Assembly (NCBI GenBank): GCA_964016885.1
Contig: OZ024760.1
Coordinates: 372,001 to 436,000 of the forward strand
Reading direction: 5' to 3'
DNA length: 64,000 bases
Source of the DNA: Eledone cirrhosa
Lineage: Eukaryota
Of the stretch, positions 1 through 14,735 are shown in pieces. The notes under the pieces were generated by a model that was given only the letters and a program-made list of their open reading frames with translations, was not told where the DNA came from and did not search any database. The position numbers and the translations under genes are program-made. Each line of letters opens with the position of its first letter. Position 1 is the stretch's first letter.

Positions 1-74
1 AGGAGATTAAAGTTTAAACCAAGTAACATATAAAAACTTTTGTACCAAATATAACATGGCCGCCGTATTAACGT

Positions 75-835
75 TTTGGTAGTGGTGTTGGTGTTGTGGC
101 TGATGGTGGTGGTAGTGTTTTGGCTGATGGTGGTGATGGTATTCTGGATGGTGGTTTGGATGGTGGTGGTGGTGGTGTTTTGGCTGATGGTGGTGGGGGA
201 GATGTTAGTCATGATGATGGCTTGATGGTGGTGGTGGTTGTTGTGTTGTGACTGTTGGTGGTGGCGATGGTTGTAGTGATGGTAGTAGTGATGGTGATGT
301 GGATGGTGGTGGTGATGGTTGTAGTGATGGTAGTAGTGATGGTGATGTGGATGGTGGTGGTAGTGATGGTTGTAGTAATGGTAGTAGTGATGGTGGTGGT
401 GGTGGTGATGGTTGTAGTGATGGTAGTAGTGATGGTGATGTGGATGGTGGTGGTGATGGTTGTAGTGATGGTAGTAGTGATGGTGATGTGGATGGTGGTG
501 GTAGTGATGGTTGTAGTAATGGTAGTAGTGATGGTGGTGGTGGTGGTGATGGTTGTAGTGATGGTAGTAGTGATGGTGGTGTGGATAGTGGTGGTGATGG
601 TTGTAGTGATGGTAGTAGTGATGGTGATGTGGATGGTGGTGGTAGTGATGGTTGTAGTAATGGTAGTAGTGATGGTGGTGGTGGTGGTGATGGTTGTAGT
701 GATGGTAGTAGTAATGGTGGTGTGGATAGTGGTGGTGATGGTTGTAGTGATGGTAGTAGTGATGGTGGTGTGGATGGTGGTGGTAGTGATGGTTGTAGTA
801 ATGGTAGTAGTGATGGTGGTTGGATGATGGTAGTG
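75..835. repeat. GGT/GAT-rich minisatellite
   Basis: Tandem imperfect units of gatggttgtagtgatggtagtagtgatggtg... Confidence 0.9.
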
Positions 836-1099
836 GGTTAAATGTTGGGTCTAAGTTGAAGTTTAGGTTTAAGTTCATGTTTAGGTTTAAATTGTAGATT
901 TAAGCTTAGGCTTTGATTTAATGTTAAGTTCAAGTTTAAGTTTAGATTCAGGTTTAAGATTTAACTGAAAATAATCCATTACACTACGTTTTGGTATGAA
1001 TGTTTTGTATTTATTTTCAAAAACAGAAACATTCTCGAAGACATAACATATTTCAAGTTTGACTAAATTGTAAAGAACAGAAAATATAATAAAATAGAA

Positions 1100-1360
1100 A
1101 TAAAAATATAGAATAAATTTAGAAAAAAATATGCTATAAATTTAGAAAAAAATATGCAATAAATTTTGAAAAAGAATATGCCAAAATAATATGCAATAAA
1201 TTTAGAAAAAAAATCTGCCAAAAAAATATGCAATAAATTTAGAAAAAAAATATGCCAAAAAAAAATATGCAAAAAAATATGCAATAAATTTAGAAAAAAA
1301 TCTGCCAAAAAAAAATCTACAAAAAAATATGCAATAAATTTGGAAAAAAAAAATGCAAGG
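1100..1360. repeat. A-rich tandem repeat (aaaatatgcaataaatttag)
   Basis: Unit recurs several times within an A-rich tract. Confidence 0.75.
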
Positions 1361-1759
1361 ATTAAAAAAAATATATAATTAAAAATCGTAAGAATAAAAA
1401 ATAAAAATAAAAAGTGTAAAGATAGAAAATAAAAATTTACGTAAAAATAGAAGAAAAAAACAAAAATAAGAGTAGAAATATAAAGATGAAAAATAAGAAT
1501 AAAATAATTAAGTATAAAAATTACAAAATAAAGAAATAAAATAAAAAAATTTAATTTAAATAAGTAAATAAATAAAATTTCAAAATTCAAAAATTTAAAA
1601 ATCTAGAAATAAAAATAAATGTTTTAAAAATGAAAAGAAAGATATTTTGTTTCGTTAAATAACGTAAAATGTTATGAAATGTGAAACATGGAAAATATAA
1701 TAGAAGTTCTGGGTGGGTAAGGTGGCGGTGGTGGTTGTGGAAGTGTGGTGGTGGTATAG

Positions 1760-4745
1760 CTAGTGGAGTTACTGGTGGTGGTTGTGGTGGTAGTGGTTGT
1801 GGTGCTGGTACTGTTGCTGGCGTTATTGGTGTAGGTAGTGGTGTTAGTAGTGGTGGTGGTGGTGGTAGTGGTTGTTGTGCTGGTACTGTTGCTGGCGTTA
1901 TTGGTGTAGGTAGTGGTGTTAGTGGTGGTGGTTGTGGTGGTGGTAGTGGTTGTGGTGCTGTTACTGTTGCTGGCGTTATTGGTGTAGGTAGTGGTGTTAG
2001 TGGTGGTGGTGGTGGTGGTTGTGGTGCTGGTACTGTTGCTGGCGTTATTGGTGTAGGTAGTGGTGTTAGTGGTGGTGGTTGTGGTGGTAGTGGTTGTGGT
2101 GCTGGTACTGTTGCTGGCGTTATTGGTGTAGGTAGTGTCAGTGGTGGTGGTTGTGGTGGTGGTAGTGGTTGTGGTGCTGGTACTGTTGCTGGCGTTATTG
2201 GTGTAGGTAGTGGTGTTAGTGGTGGTGGTTGTGGTGGTAGTGGTTGTGGTGCTGGTACTGTTGCTGGCGTTATTGGTGTAGGTAGTGGTGTTAGTGGTGG
2301 TGGTTGTGGTGGTGGTGGTAGTGGTTGTGGTGCTGGTACTGTTGCTGGCGTTATTGGTGTAGGTAGTGGTGTTAGTGGTGGTGGTGGTGGTGGTGGTGGT
2401 AGTGGTTGTTGTGCTGGTACTGTTGCTGGCGTTATTGGTGTAGGTAGTGTTAGTGGTGGTGGTGGTGGTGGTGGTGGTGGTAGTGGTTGTTGTGCTGGTA
2501 CTGTTGCTGGCGTTATTGGTGTAGGTAGTGTCAGTGGTGGTGGTTGTGGTGGTGGTAGTGGTTGTTGTGGTGCTGGTACTGTTGCTGGCGTTATTGGTGT
2601 AGGTAGTGTCAGTGGTGGTGGTTGTGGTGGTAGTGGTTGTGGTTGTTGTGCTGGTACTGTTGCTGGCGTTATTGGTGTAGGTAGTGTCAGTGGTGGTGGT
2701 TGTGGTGGTGGTAGTGGTTGTTGTGCTGGTACTGTTGCTGGCGTTATTGGTGTAGGTAGTGTCAGTGGTGGTGGTGGTGGTGGTGGTAGTGGTTGTTGTG
2801 GTGCTGGTACTGTTGCTGGCGTTATTGGTGTAGGTAGTGTCAGTGGTGGTGGTGGTGGTGGTGGTAGTGGTTGTGGTTGTTGTGCTGGTACTGTTGCTGG
2901 CGTTATTGGTGTAGGTAGTGTCAGTGGTGGTGGTGGTGGTGGTGGTAGTGGTTGTTGTGGTGCTGGTACTGTTGCTGGCGTTATTGGTGTAGGTAGTGTC
3001 AGTGGTGGTGGTGGTGGTGGTGGTAGTGGTTGTGGTTGTTGTGCTGGTACTGTTGCTGGCGTTATTGGTGTAGGTAGTGTCAGTGTTAGTGGTGGTGGTG
3101 GTGGTGGTGGTAGTGGTTGTGGTGCTGGTACTGTTGCTGGCGTTATTGGTGTAGGTAGTGGTGTTAGTGGTGGTGGTTGTGGTGGTAGTGGTTGTGGTGC
3201 TGGTACTGTTGCTGGCGTTATTGGTGTAGGTAGTGGTGTTAGTGGTGGTGGTTGTGGTGGTAGTGGTTGTGGTGCTGGTACTGTTGCTGGCGTTATTGGT
3301 GTAGGTAGTGGTGTTAGTAGTGGTGGTTGTGGTGGTAGTGGTTGTTGTGCTGGTACTGTTGCTGGCGTTATTGGTGTAGGTAGTGGTGTTAGTGGTGGTG
3401 GTTGTGGTGGTAGTGGTTGTTGTGCTGGTACTGTTGCTGGCGTTATTGGTGTAGGTAGTGGTGTTAGTGGTGGTGGTTGTGGTGGTAGTGGTTGTGGTGC
3501 TGGTACTGTTGCTGGCGTTATTGGTGTAGGTAGTGGTGTTAGTAGTGGTGGTTGTGGTGGTAGTGGTTGTTGTGCTGGTACTGTTGCTGGCGTTATTGGT
3601 GTAGGTAGTGTCAGTGGTGGTGGTGGTTGTGGTGGTAGTGGTTGTGGTGCTGGTACTGTTGCTGGCGTTATTGGTGTAGGTAGTGGTGTTACTGGTGGTG
3701 GTTGTGGTGGTAGTGGTTGTGGTGCTGGTACTGTTGCTGGCGTTATTGGTGTAGGTAGTGGTGTTAGTGGTGGTGGTTGTGGTGGTAGTGGTTGTTGTGC
3801 TGGTACTGTTGCTGGCGTTATTGGTGTAGGTAGTGGTGTTAGTTGTGGTGGTGGTTGTGGTGGTAGTGGTGTTAGTGGTGGTGGTTGTGGTTGTTGTGCT
3901 GGTACTGTTGCTGGTATTATTGGTGTAGGTAGTGGTGTTAGTTGTGGTGGTGGTTGTGGTGGTGTAGGTAGTGTTGTTAGTGGTGGTGGTTGCGGTTGTG
4001 GTGTTAGTACTGTTGCTGGTGGTATTGGTGTAGGTAGTGGTGTTAGTGGTGGTGGTTGTGGTGTTAGTGGTGGTGGTGGTTGTGGTGGTGTAGGTAGTGT
4101 TGTTAGTGGTGGTGGTTGTGGTGGTGTAGGTAGTGTTGTTTGTGGTGGTGGTTGCGGTATTGGTGTTAGTACTGTTGCTGGTGGTATTGGTGTAGGTAGT
4201 GATGTTAGTGGTGGTGGTTGTGGTGTTAGTGGTAGTGGTTGTGATGTTAGTGGTGGTGGTTGTGGTGTTAGTGGTAGTGGTTGTGATGTTAGTGGTGGTG
4301 GTGGTGGTTGTGGTGTTAGTGGTAGTGGTTGTGATGTTAGTGGTGGTGGTTGTGGTGTTGGTGGTGTGGTTGTGGTGTTGGTACTATCTCTGGTATTATT
4401 GGTGTAGGTAGTGGTGGTAGTGGTGGTGGTAGTGGCGTTAGTTGTGGTGGTAGTGGTGCTAGTGGTGGTGGTAGTGGCGTTAGTTGTGGTGGTAGTGGTG
4501 CTAGTGGTGGTGGTAGTGGCGTTAGTGGTGGTGGTTGTTGTGGTGTAGGTAGTGGTGTTTGTGGTGGTGGTAGTGGCGTTAGTGGTGGTGGTTGTCGTAT
4601 TGGTACTGTTGCTGACATTATTGGTGTTGGTGTTGGTAGTGGTGTTAGTGGTGGCGGTTACAGTGCTGGTACTGGTGCTGCTTGGTTATTGGTGTTGGTG
4701 TTGGTAGTGGTGTTATTGGTGGTATTGGTGGTGTTATTGGTGCTC
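1760..4745. repeat. GGT-derived minisatellite with conserved core gctggtactgttgctggcgttattggtgtaggtagt
   Basis: About 30 tandem copies of a near-invariant core separated by variable (GGT)n spacers; degenerates toward 4745. Confidence 0.92.
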
Positions 4746-5291
4746 TGCTGGACCTGAGCTCGAACTATGGCCCCGGGTCCCTCCTTTGCGGTTCATATGG
4801 TATGTGACATTTAGGGTCAGTTTAAGAATCTGCAACAGACTGCCGTCGACTCCATGGTTGTCATGAGCCAGACCTTCTGAGCCAGTTAGTCAGGCATTGT
4901 CCCGTCTTTCAACCCCCCCCCCCCCAGCCGTTGAGAACCACACATTGGTAATATCTCCTCCTTTCCTCCACCCCGACTTTGAGCAATATGTTCATTTGCA
5001 AATTGTAACTCAACACTACCAGAAAATACTAATGTATGATGGTTTCTTCAACATAGCACCTTCTTAGCCTGAGAGAACTTGCCATGACATACACCCAGCT
5101 GTGCTTAGGTGTCATGTAAACCCTTTCAAACTAAGATAAAACCAACATAAATATGCATTTATCACTTCAGATAGAAAACAGGTGACAATTTCATCCAAAT
5201 ACATCTGGGGTTTAAACAATTCCCGAGTTTGCAAGAGCCTACAACCAATTGACAGAGTCGTTAGAACGTCGGATACGGTCACAAACTCCTG

Positions 5292-5408
5292 GGAGAAGCA
5301 GCCACGTGAAATAAAGTGACTTGCTGAAGGACATAATGCATCACCCGGCTAGCGACTCGAGCTCGCAAACTCACGAATCTAATTCTCTATATAACCACTT
5401 AGTTACAC
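5292..5408 (-). mobile_element. CORE-type tRNA-SINE fragment
   Basis: gtgaaataaagtgacttgctgaaggacataatgca resembles the 24441-24572 copy (reverse complement of a gtgtccttgagcaagacactttatttc core). Confidence 0.6.
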
Positions 5409-5439
5409 TGGTAGATAAGGGATAATAACAATTGATGTT

Positions 5440-6400
5440 GACTGCCGATGGTGGATTGAAGATGGATGGTGGGACGCTGGTGATGAATGGTGATGGCTTG
5501 TTGATGGTTAGTGGTAGATGGTTAATGGTTAGAGATATAATGGTAGGTGATAGACGATGATGGCTAACGATGGATGATTAATGGTGAATGGTGGGACGCC
5601 GGTCATTAATGGTGACGAATGATGGCGTATTGATGGTTAGTGGTGGATGGTTGACGGCTGGAGATATAATGGTAGGTAATGGACGATGATGGCTAACAAT
5701 GGACGATTAATGGTGAATGGTGGAGAGCCGATGATTAATGGTGATGGCTTGTTGATAGTCAGGGGTGGATGGTTGATGGTATAATGGTAGGTAATGGACG
5801 ATGATGACTATCAATGGATGATTGATTGTGAATGATGAGGGGCCAGTTATGAATGTTGATGGCTTGTTGATGGTTAGGGGTGGATGGTTAATGGTTAGAG
5901 ATATAATGGTAGGTAATCGACGATGATGGCTAACGAACGATGGATGATTGATGGTGAATGGTGCAGCGCCGGTGACGAATGATGATTGTTGGCGACGGAT
6001 GGTTGACGGTTGGAGATAGAATGGTAGATAATGGACGATGATGGCTAACAATGGATGATTGATGATGAATGGTGGGGCGCCGGTGATGAATGGTGATGGC
6101 TTGTTGAAGGTTAGTGGTGGATGGTTAATGGTTAGAGATATAATGGTAGGTGATAGACGATGATGGCTAACGATGGATGATTGACGGTGAATGGTGGGGG
6201 CTTGATGATTGTTAGCGACGGATGGTTGATGGCTGGAGATATAATGGTAGGCAATGGAAGATGATGGGCTAACGATGGATGATTGATGGTGATGGCTAAC
6301 GACGGTAAATGGTGGGGCGTTCGTGAAGGCTGGATATGAATAGTGAGGGGTGGTTGATAGTTAGTGATGGTTAATGATGATAAGTCAAGGTTGGTTGATG
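5440..6400. repeat. Degenerate GATGG-rich tandem repeat, unit about 130-140 bp
   Basis: Recurring gagatataatggtaggt...gacgatgatggctaac...gatggtgaatggtgg. Confidence 0.8.
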
Positions 6401-6751
6401 GCGTTCGTTGCTCTACTGCTGGTGATTAGCTACGTGACAATAAACACGCTTTATCACCATTGTCATGTGAACGTAGTAGGGAGCAAAGTCTTTATGTAAT
6501 CCTTCTTGGTGGGTGGGACATCACCCTAGCCCACCCACCCCCTCTCTCTCTCTGTCACCCACACTCACCCTCTCACCCCCCTCCTAGACCCATTAGATGT
6601 GGAGTCTGAAGTAATGTGTAAAACAAGTCAACATCCTGTGTGTTCGTATGTAAGCTACATGTATACACGCGCGGACACACACACACACACACACGAACAC
6701 ACACATACATGTGTGTGTGTAAATATATGTTTATATGTGCATGTAATCATG

Positions 6752-6821
<70 letters not shown>

Positions 6822-7461
6822 CACTCACACACACGAACACATACACTCACACACGAACACACACATACATGTGTGAGTAAATATGTTTATATATACATAT
6901 AAGCATGTATATATATAGGTGTATATATATATATATATAGGTGTATATATAAGCATATTCATATGTGTGTTAAAAATATATAATTTGAAGATCTACACAC
7001 ACACATTTATATATATAAATATATATATATATATACACACATACATATATATATTTATGTTATATACCTATATATAAATGTAGGTACACGCATACAGACA
7101 CATACACAGACACACGTGCACACACATAATGCCAGAGAGTATGTTTGTATATGTGTGTGTATGTCTGCCTGCCTGTATGTATGTAAATGTATATACATGT
7201 ATGTATGTATACCTGTATGTATGTATATATACAAGTATGTATGTAAATATATATATACATGTATGTATGTATGTGTATGTGTTTGTGTTTGTATGTATGC
7301 ATGCGTGAGATACAGAGAATACACAAAATTCTGGTAAAGAAATATTGGTTAAATGAATGACATCAGGAAAACATGGATTTGATGATGATATCAATGTATA
7401 TTCTACTGTATATACACTCACACACACACACACACACACAGACACACACACACACACACGC

Positions 7462-7528
<67 letters not shown>

Positions 7529-7608
7529 AGTGTGTGTGAGCTTTCGAGCACTCTCAGTAAATACATATCGTATGGGCAGATTATGTGAAGTGTGTGTACC
7601 TATTTTTT

Positions 7609-7711
<103 letters not shown>

Positions 7712-8268
7712 GTGTGTATGTGTGTGCGGGTGTGCGTGTATTATATATGTGTGTATGCGTGTGTATATATGTATGTACAATCTCGCATCATTAAATTATT
7801 CAGCTTGGTAATGTAAACAAGTGTATTTGCACAGCTCTGTTTGTTTTCCAAACAGAAGAGCTCATTACCATGCCCCCCTCTCCATATACACACATATACA
7901 CACATCTATATACGTAATCACAATCACATATACGCAAGACACCACACTCACACCTACACCCACAAGCGTACACATACATGCACGTATTCTCACACGCACG
8001 CTGTAGTAGCTATATGTATGTATATATGCGCACATACAGACACACGTAGACAGGAATGCCTTCATTTTTTCTTGTGTGTATATATCTATATATTAGAAGT
8101 ATATATGTGTGTGTATATTAGTATGTATGGGTGTATGTGTATATATATGCATATCTCGTAAATTCTTCATAGAACCAAGACTTTAAAATGATAAGATAAT
8201 CTAACGAATAGGTACGAACAGAATGCATACGTACGTACATGTATACAAACGCACTCACTCACACACAT

Positions 8269-8323
<55 letters not shown>

Positions 8324-8712
8324 AAATTAGATACACACACATATAAATATGTATATACACATATAAATATATATATATATATATATGATATTTTTACATA
8401 TTTATATATATATATATAATATATATATATAATGTATGTATATATATGACATATTTTTACATATTTATTTATATATACGTATTTATTATATACATGTATG
8501 TATATATGTTTTTGCTGTGTATGCATGTGTGTGGTGGAAATAATATTTTAATCTTTGTGAGATTCACCCTTATTACTGGGTCATACACCTACATAGACTT
8601 ATGGGTAGACTTACTGCTCTTTACATATACATACACCGTCTTTCTACTCAAATGCAGCTTGCATTATACACCTATTATATTACATATATATGTACGTCTG
8701 TTTATATATATA

Positions 8713-8795
<83 letters not shown>

Positions 8796-8936
8796 TATTA
8801 GAAATGTTAGCTATCGCTATATTTTGACTAAAGAAATTAAAGAAATTATTTAGCCTGATAGTGGGGTTAAGAACCCTCGGAGAAATGGAAAAAGATGAGT
8901 AATTGATGTACATATATATATGTATGATTTGATATG

Positions 8937-8975
8937 TAAATGGCTTCTACAGGATTAGGACTGTTTCGTTCAGTA
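8937..8975 (-). mobile_element. Partial family-B HHR element (3' half)
   Basis: Reverse complement gaaacagtcctaatcctgtagaagcca matches 14946-14972. Confidence 0.6.
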
Positions 8976-9317
8976 TAGGCCGACCCACTTCACTACTCGA
9001 TAGACGGGCACGTCCACCGGCATATCACAATGATTGCATAACTGCAACTATGATTGCGTAAGCATTTGACAAAGTCACATGGAATAACCATGTAACAGAA
9101 ATATATATAATGGAATAAACAATTATGGTGATTTAATCCTGACTTAATTACCATTGTTTGATAAATGAATACTCCGTCATTCATTATCACCTACCACTGA
9201 TAAACTGATGTGGAGTGCTTTGTAACGCTAGGACCTGATTATCACCAGGAAGTTACAACGTAAGAACTATGATAAACAACAATTCTGCAATATATATATA
9301 TTATTTCTGTCTACCTC

Positions 9318-9423
<106 letters not shown>

Positions 9424-9436
9424 TAATAAACATATT

Positions 9437-10102
9437 TCTGCTGCAGTAATGCACCAGCTTCAGCATTCAGTAATCAGAAGAAGGGAGGTAGGTGTAAAAG
9501 GCGAAACTCGCTATCTTAAATTCGTGCCAACCCTTACCTGTGGTAATGAATCTTGAGTAATGACCGACAGAATACGATCGCAAATACAGGTGGCCGAAAT
9601 GGGATTCCTCCGAAGGATCTTTGGAGTAACGTTACTTGATAGAGTGTAGCTCGGAGATCAGAGAGTCACTCCAAGTAGAGGTGCAACTTCTCCGAATTGA
9701 GAGATCACAGCTCTGATACTATGGACATGTGGTTAGAATGTCTCAGGAAAGAATTGCTGGACAGATTTGTAGCTCGGAGATCAGAGAGTCACTCCAGGTA
9801 GAGCCACTACTTCACTGAATTGAGAGATTACAGCTCCAATACTATGGACATGTGGTTAGAATGTCTCAGGAAAGAATTGCTGGACAGATTTTACGGGCAA
9901 AGCCAAGCGTCAGAAGACCCAGGGGGTAGACACCGAACAAGATGGTTGGATAGCAGCCATGAGCTTGGCTGGTCTCACTTGGGGATCCAGGTGGATCAGT
10001 TGGAGACGATTGCTTCTGACAGGACCCGCTGGAGGGAGTGTTGAGGACTCTGACCCCACGAGCCTCTCATGAATAAATGGCCGAAGAAGAAGAGGAAGGA
10101 GG
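9437..10102 (+). mobile_element. RTE-clade LINE 3' fragment (disrupted) with internal 123-bp duplication
   Basis: Translates to AEMGFLRRIFGVTLLDRV...IRESLQVE..LLRIERSQL*YYGHVVRM...PGGRHRTRW, typical of the RTE ORF2 C-terminus; ends in a (GAA)n-like tail; stops and frameshifts present. Confidence 0.85.
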
Positions 10103-10133
10103 ATAAATATATATGTATATATTAATATAATAA

Positions 10134-10300
10134 ATTGTTTCTACTTTTGGCAGAAGGGCAGCAATTATCCCAGTGCACTACTGGTACTTTATTTTATCGA
10201 CCCCGCAAGGATGAAAGGCAAAGTTAACTTCGGCGGATTTGAACTCAGAACGTAAAGGGCCATAACTCTATGCTGCAAAGCATGATGTCCGACGCTCTCC
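10134..10300 (-). mobile_element. tRNA-derived SINE, Meta-domain-like core
   Basis: ggtactttattttatcgacccc.aaggatgaaaggc core plus gatttgaactc (reverse B box); many copies in the window. Confidence 0.85.
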
Positions 10301-10330
10301 AAAGTTAGGTCCACAGCAAATTACTAAACC

Positions 10331-10381
10331 ATCCTCGAGGACACGCGTTTCACCCAACGAATTTTCAACTCGAGTGAGGAT
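10331..10381 (-). ncRNA. Putative type I hammerhead ribozyme, U3-A8 core variant
   Basis: Minus strand ctcgag-TTGAAAA-ttcgttgggt-GAAAC-gcgt-GTC-ctcgag; 6-bp stem I plus distal atcc/ggat; weak stem II. Confidence 0.55.
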
Positions 10382-11211
10382 GTGCTGAAACAAAACAAAA
10401 GTCGGTTAGCTAATTTGTTGTACAACTAACTTTATACTGAACTCATCCTATGGACTGAGTGCTCTACTTTCTACGGATATATAAATCTTGCGGGTCCTTG
10501 TATTATTATATTATATATTATTACACTCTGTCTAGCTCTAGACCTTGCCACTGACGTGAACCTAAACATCGAGCATTCACCTGGGTGAACCTACAGTAAT
10601 TTCACGTTACACTTCCTGGATATATATATATATATATATATAATTGGAAATCAGTAAAATCGAATCTCTGGCGGTTTGCAAGTAAATTCGGCCTCCTTAT
10701 ATGAAATGATGAGTTAGCAAAGCACTCGATAAGATAGGTCTCAGAGTTATAACATACGTTTAAATAGCTTGACAAATATTAACATTGTGGTAGGCGAAAC
10801 TAACACACAACATATACCAAAGCAACGATAGAACTAATCAGGTTGAGAAAAATAAACCTGGACAAATCAAACGAGCGTTTGAAGTGTTTCTCTGAATCCG
10901 AAATCAAATATCAGACTTACTTGAATGGCAAGATCGTGGTATTGGTGACTGAACAGAGGACTCAGTTTATCAACAGGTTTTCGTTCTGCTTAGAACCAGG
11001 AGTGATAAAATATGTTGCCGCTCGTAAGGCTGCTAATCGTATCTATAGTTATCACGTGTTAATTCGGGCAAGGGAAATAACCCCCGGTTTTTGGCGGGTC
11101 AATTCAAATGCTAGCGAATGGAAATATTTTAATTTCCGCTAATCATCATGATAAGCTCTCGACTAGATGTTATAAAACTAACACAAATAATTAACCAATC
11201 AACAGAATTTT

Positions 11212-11343
<132 letters not shown>

Positions 11344-11403
11344 GTTCGGAACTAGCTGCCGAATCGGCCGGAGCTCAGCCGTCGGCGTCCTGACTCTTTT
11401 CCT
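11344..11403 (+). mobile_element. Family-A element fragment (degenerate)
   Basis: Similar to the right arm of 57172-57368 (gagctcagccgtcgg..tcctgactctttt). Confidence 0.6.
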
Positions 11404-11678
11404 ATATATATATACACACATACATAAATCAGTACTTACACCTAATATCCAGAGTCTTCTAAGGGCGAAGCGAACTTCTAAATCCATGCTGACGTCAACC
11501 CGTCCCTACACGTTTTCACGTGTGGCTATGTGTATGTGTGGGTGTTTATTACGGCGAACCAGAGATCAGTTTTTAATTAGCCCTATTACAGGATTCATTC
11601 AACCTTTAAAAAGTCATTTTTTGTGGGGTAAGATACGCAATTAATTAGTAACTCAGTTATTTCTATGAGTTGGGTGTG

Positions 11679-11730
<52 letters not shown>

Positions 11731-11792
11731 TTAATGACAAGGGCTATGTCAAGTATAGATTATAAACAAGCATTCGCAGTAGATGTAAAATG

Positions 11793-11872
<80 letters not shown>

Positions 11873-11922
11873 TATACACACATATACATGGATCATATAT
11901 ATATACATATATATATACACAC

Positions 11923-11989
<67 letters not shown>

Positions 11990-12019
11990 CATATATATTC
12001 ACACATATATATATATATT

Positions 12020-12067
<48 letters not shown>

Positions 12068-12231
12068 TGGATCATATATATATACATATATATACACACA
12101 TATACATGGATCATATATATATACATATATATACACACATATATATATACATACATATATATATACATCATATATATATCATATATATCATATATATATA
12201 TATATATCATCATATATATATCATATATATC

Positions 12232-12262
<31 letters not shown>

Positions 12263-12489
12263 TACACACACACACATATTGCGCACTTGCTGGAACAGTG
12301 CTGACATACATACTTATACACATACATACATACCTACATACATGCATGTACGCACATCCGTACATATATACATACACACATTCATACACATATACAGATA
12401 TGTTCAAATAGTTTGTGTATATGTGTGTATAGACATATTTGTTTAAGTTTTCTCTTGTAATAAATTTTCAGACACCTTTCACATAGGCT

Positions 12490-13580
12490 CACACACACTG
12501 ACACACACACACTGACACACACACTGACACACACACACTGACACACACACACTGACACACACACACTGACACACACACACTGACACACACACACTGACAC
12601 ACACACACTGACACACACACACTGACACACACACACTGACACACACACACTGACACACACACACTGATACACACACACTGACACCCACACACTGACACAC
12701 ACACACTGACACACACACACTGATACACACACACTGACACCCACACACTGACACACACACACTGACACACACTGACACACACTGACACACACACACTGAC
12801 ACACAGACACTGACACACACACACTGACACACACACACTGACACACACACACTGACACCCACACACTGACACACACACACTGACACACACACACTGACAC
12901 ACACACACTGATACACACACACTGACACCCACACACTGACACCCACACACTGACACACACACACTGACACACACACACTGACACACACACACTGATACAC
13001 ACACACTGACACCCACACACTGACACACACACACTGACACCCACACACTGACACACACACACTGACACACACACACTGACACACACACACTGATACACAC
13101 ACACTGACACCCACACACTGACACACACACACTGACACACACACACTGACACACACACACTGACACCCACACACTGACACACACACACTGACACACAGAC
13201 ACTGACACACACACACTGACACCCACACACTGACACACACACACTGACACCCACACACTGACACACACACACTGACACCCACACACTGACACACACTGAC
13301 ACACACACACTGACACACACACACTGACACACACACACTGACACACACACACTGACACCCACACACTGACACACACACACTGACACACACACACTGATAC
13401 ACACACACTGACACCCACACACTGACACCCACACACTGACACACACACACTGACACACACACACTGACACACACACACTGATACACACACACTGACACCC
13501 ACACACTGACACACACACACTGACACCCACACACTGACACACACACACTGACACACACACACTGACACACACACACACAT
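12490..13580. repeat. Minisatellite (CTGACACACACACA)n
   Basis: Direct tandem units of 10-14 bp. Confidence 0.95.
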
Positions 13581-13795
13581 TCATATGTGTACGAATATAT
13601 ACATGTATTTGTGTATTTAGATACGTGTGTATGTACGTATCTATGTATGTTTGTATGTATGTGCGTGTATGTGTGCATGTGTGTATGTATGCATGTAAAT
13701 AAATGTGTATGTTCGTATGTATGTTTTTTGTATGTGTGTGTATGTATGTGTAAGAATGCATGTAAATAATTGTGCATGTATGTTTGTATGTATGA

Positions 13796-13868
<73 letters not shown>

Positions 13869-14735
13869 ACATGTGTATGAATGTATGTAAATAAATGTGT
13901 ATGTATGTTTGTATGTATGTATGTATGTATGTGTGTGTACATGTGTATGAATGTATGTAAATAAATGTGTATGTATGTTTGTATGTATGTATGTGTGTGT
14001 GTGTATGTGCACATGTGTCTGAATGTATGTAAATAAATGTGTATGTATGTTTGTATGTATGTATGTATGTGTGTGTGTGTGTGTGTACATGTGTCTGAAT
14101 GTATGTAAATAAATGTGTATGTATGTTTGTATGTATGAATGTATGTGTGTGTGTGTGTGTGTGTATGTGTGTGTGTGTTTGTGTGTGTTTGTGTGTGTGT
14201 GTGTGTGTGTGTACATGTGCATGAATGTATGTAAATTTACGCGTGTATAATAATATATGTATGTATATATAGACTCCCATAGTGATGCACACAAAAAACC
14301 CACACACGCAGTCATATACACAAACACATTCATACACTGCCACGCATTCATACACACATAGACAGCCATATACACATGCCCCCCCCCCACACACACACAA
14401 GCACGCAGACACGTACACACACACACAGACACACACACGAGTACACACTCACACAGCTAATTTGCCTATCTGTATATCCTGAAGATAGGCAAAATGATTA
14501 AGAAAGAATGTTTATAGTTTTAGGGTAGCTTAGAACTATGAAAAATGGTAAATGTCACACGGAGAATGGACGGAATGATGATGAATCTGGCACAGACAGA
14601 ACATGTCTCCCAATTCCTTCGTAATGAGGTCTTTATATTTACTTGAGTCATTATTCTTGTTGAACATCGGGCAATGGTGGGTTAGGGCATACAGATATTG
14701 TAGTATTATAACATTGCGCTCAACTGTATCTAAGT

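Noticed and set aside
1681-4407. 908-aa Gly/Cys-rich ORF as a CDS
   Set aside because: GTG start, entirely a GGT-derived minisatellite that lacks stops by composition; no non-repetitive domain or splice evidence.
10843-11142. 99-aa non-repetitive ORF (also 59798-60020 and 58025-58369)
   Set aside because: No recognisable domain or splice structure; the length is compatible with chance.
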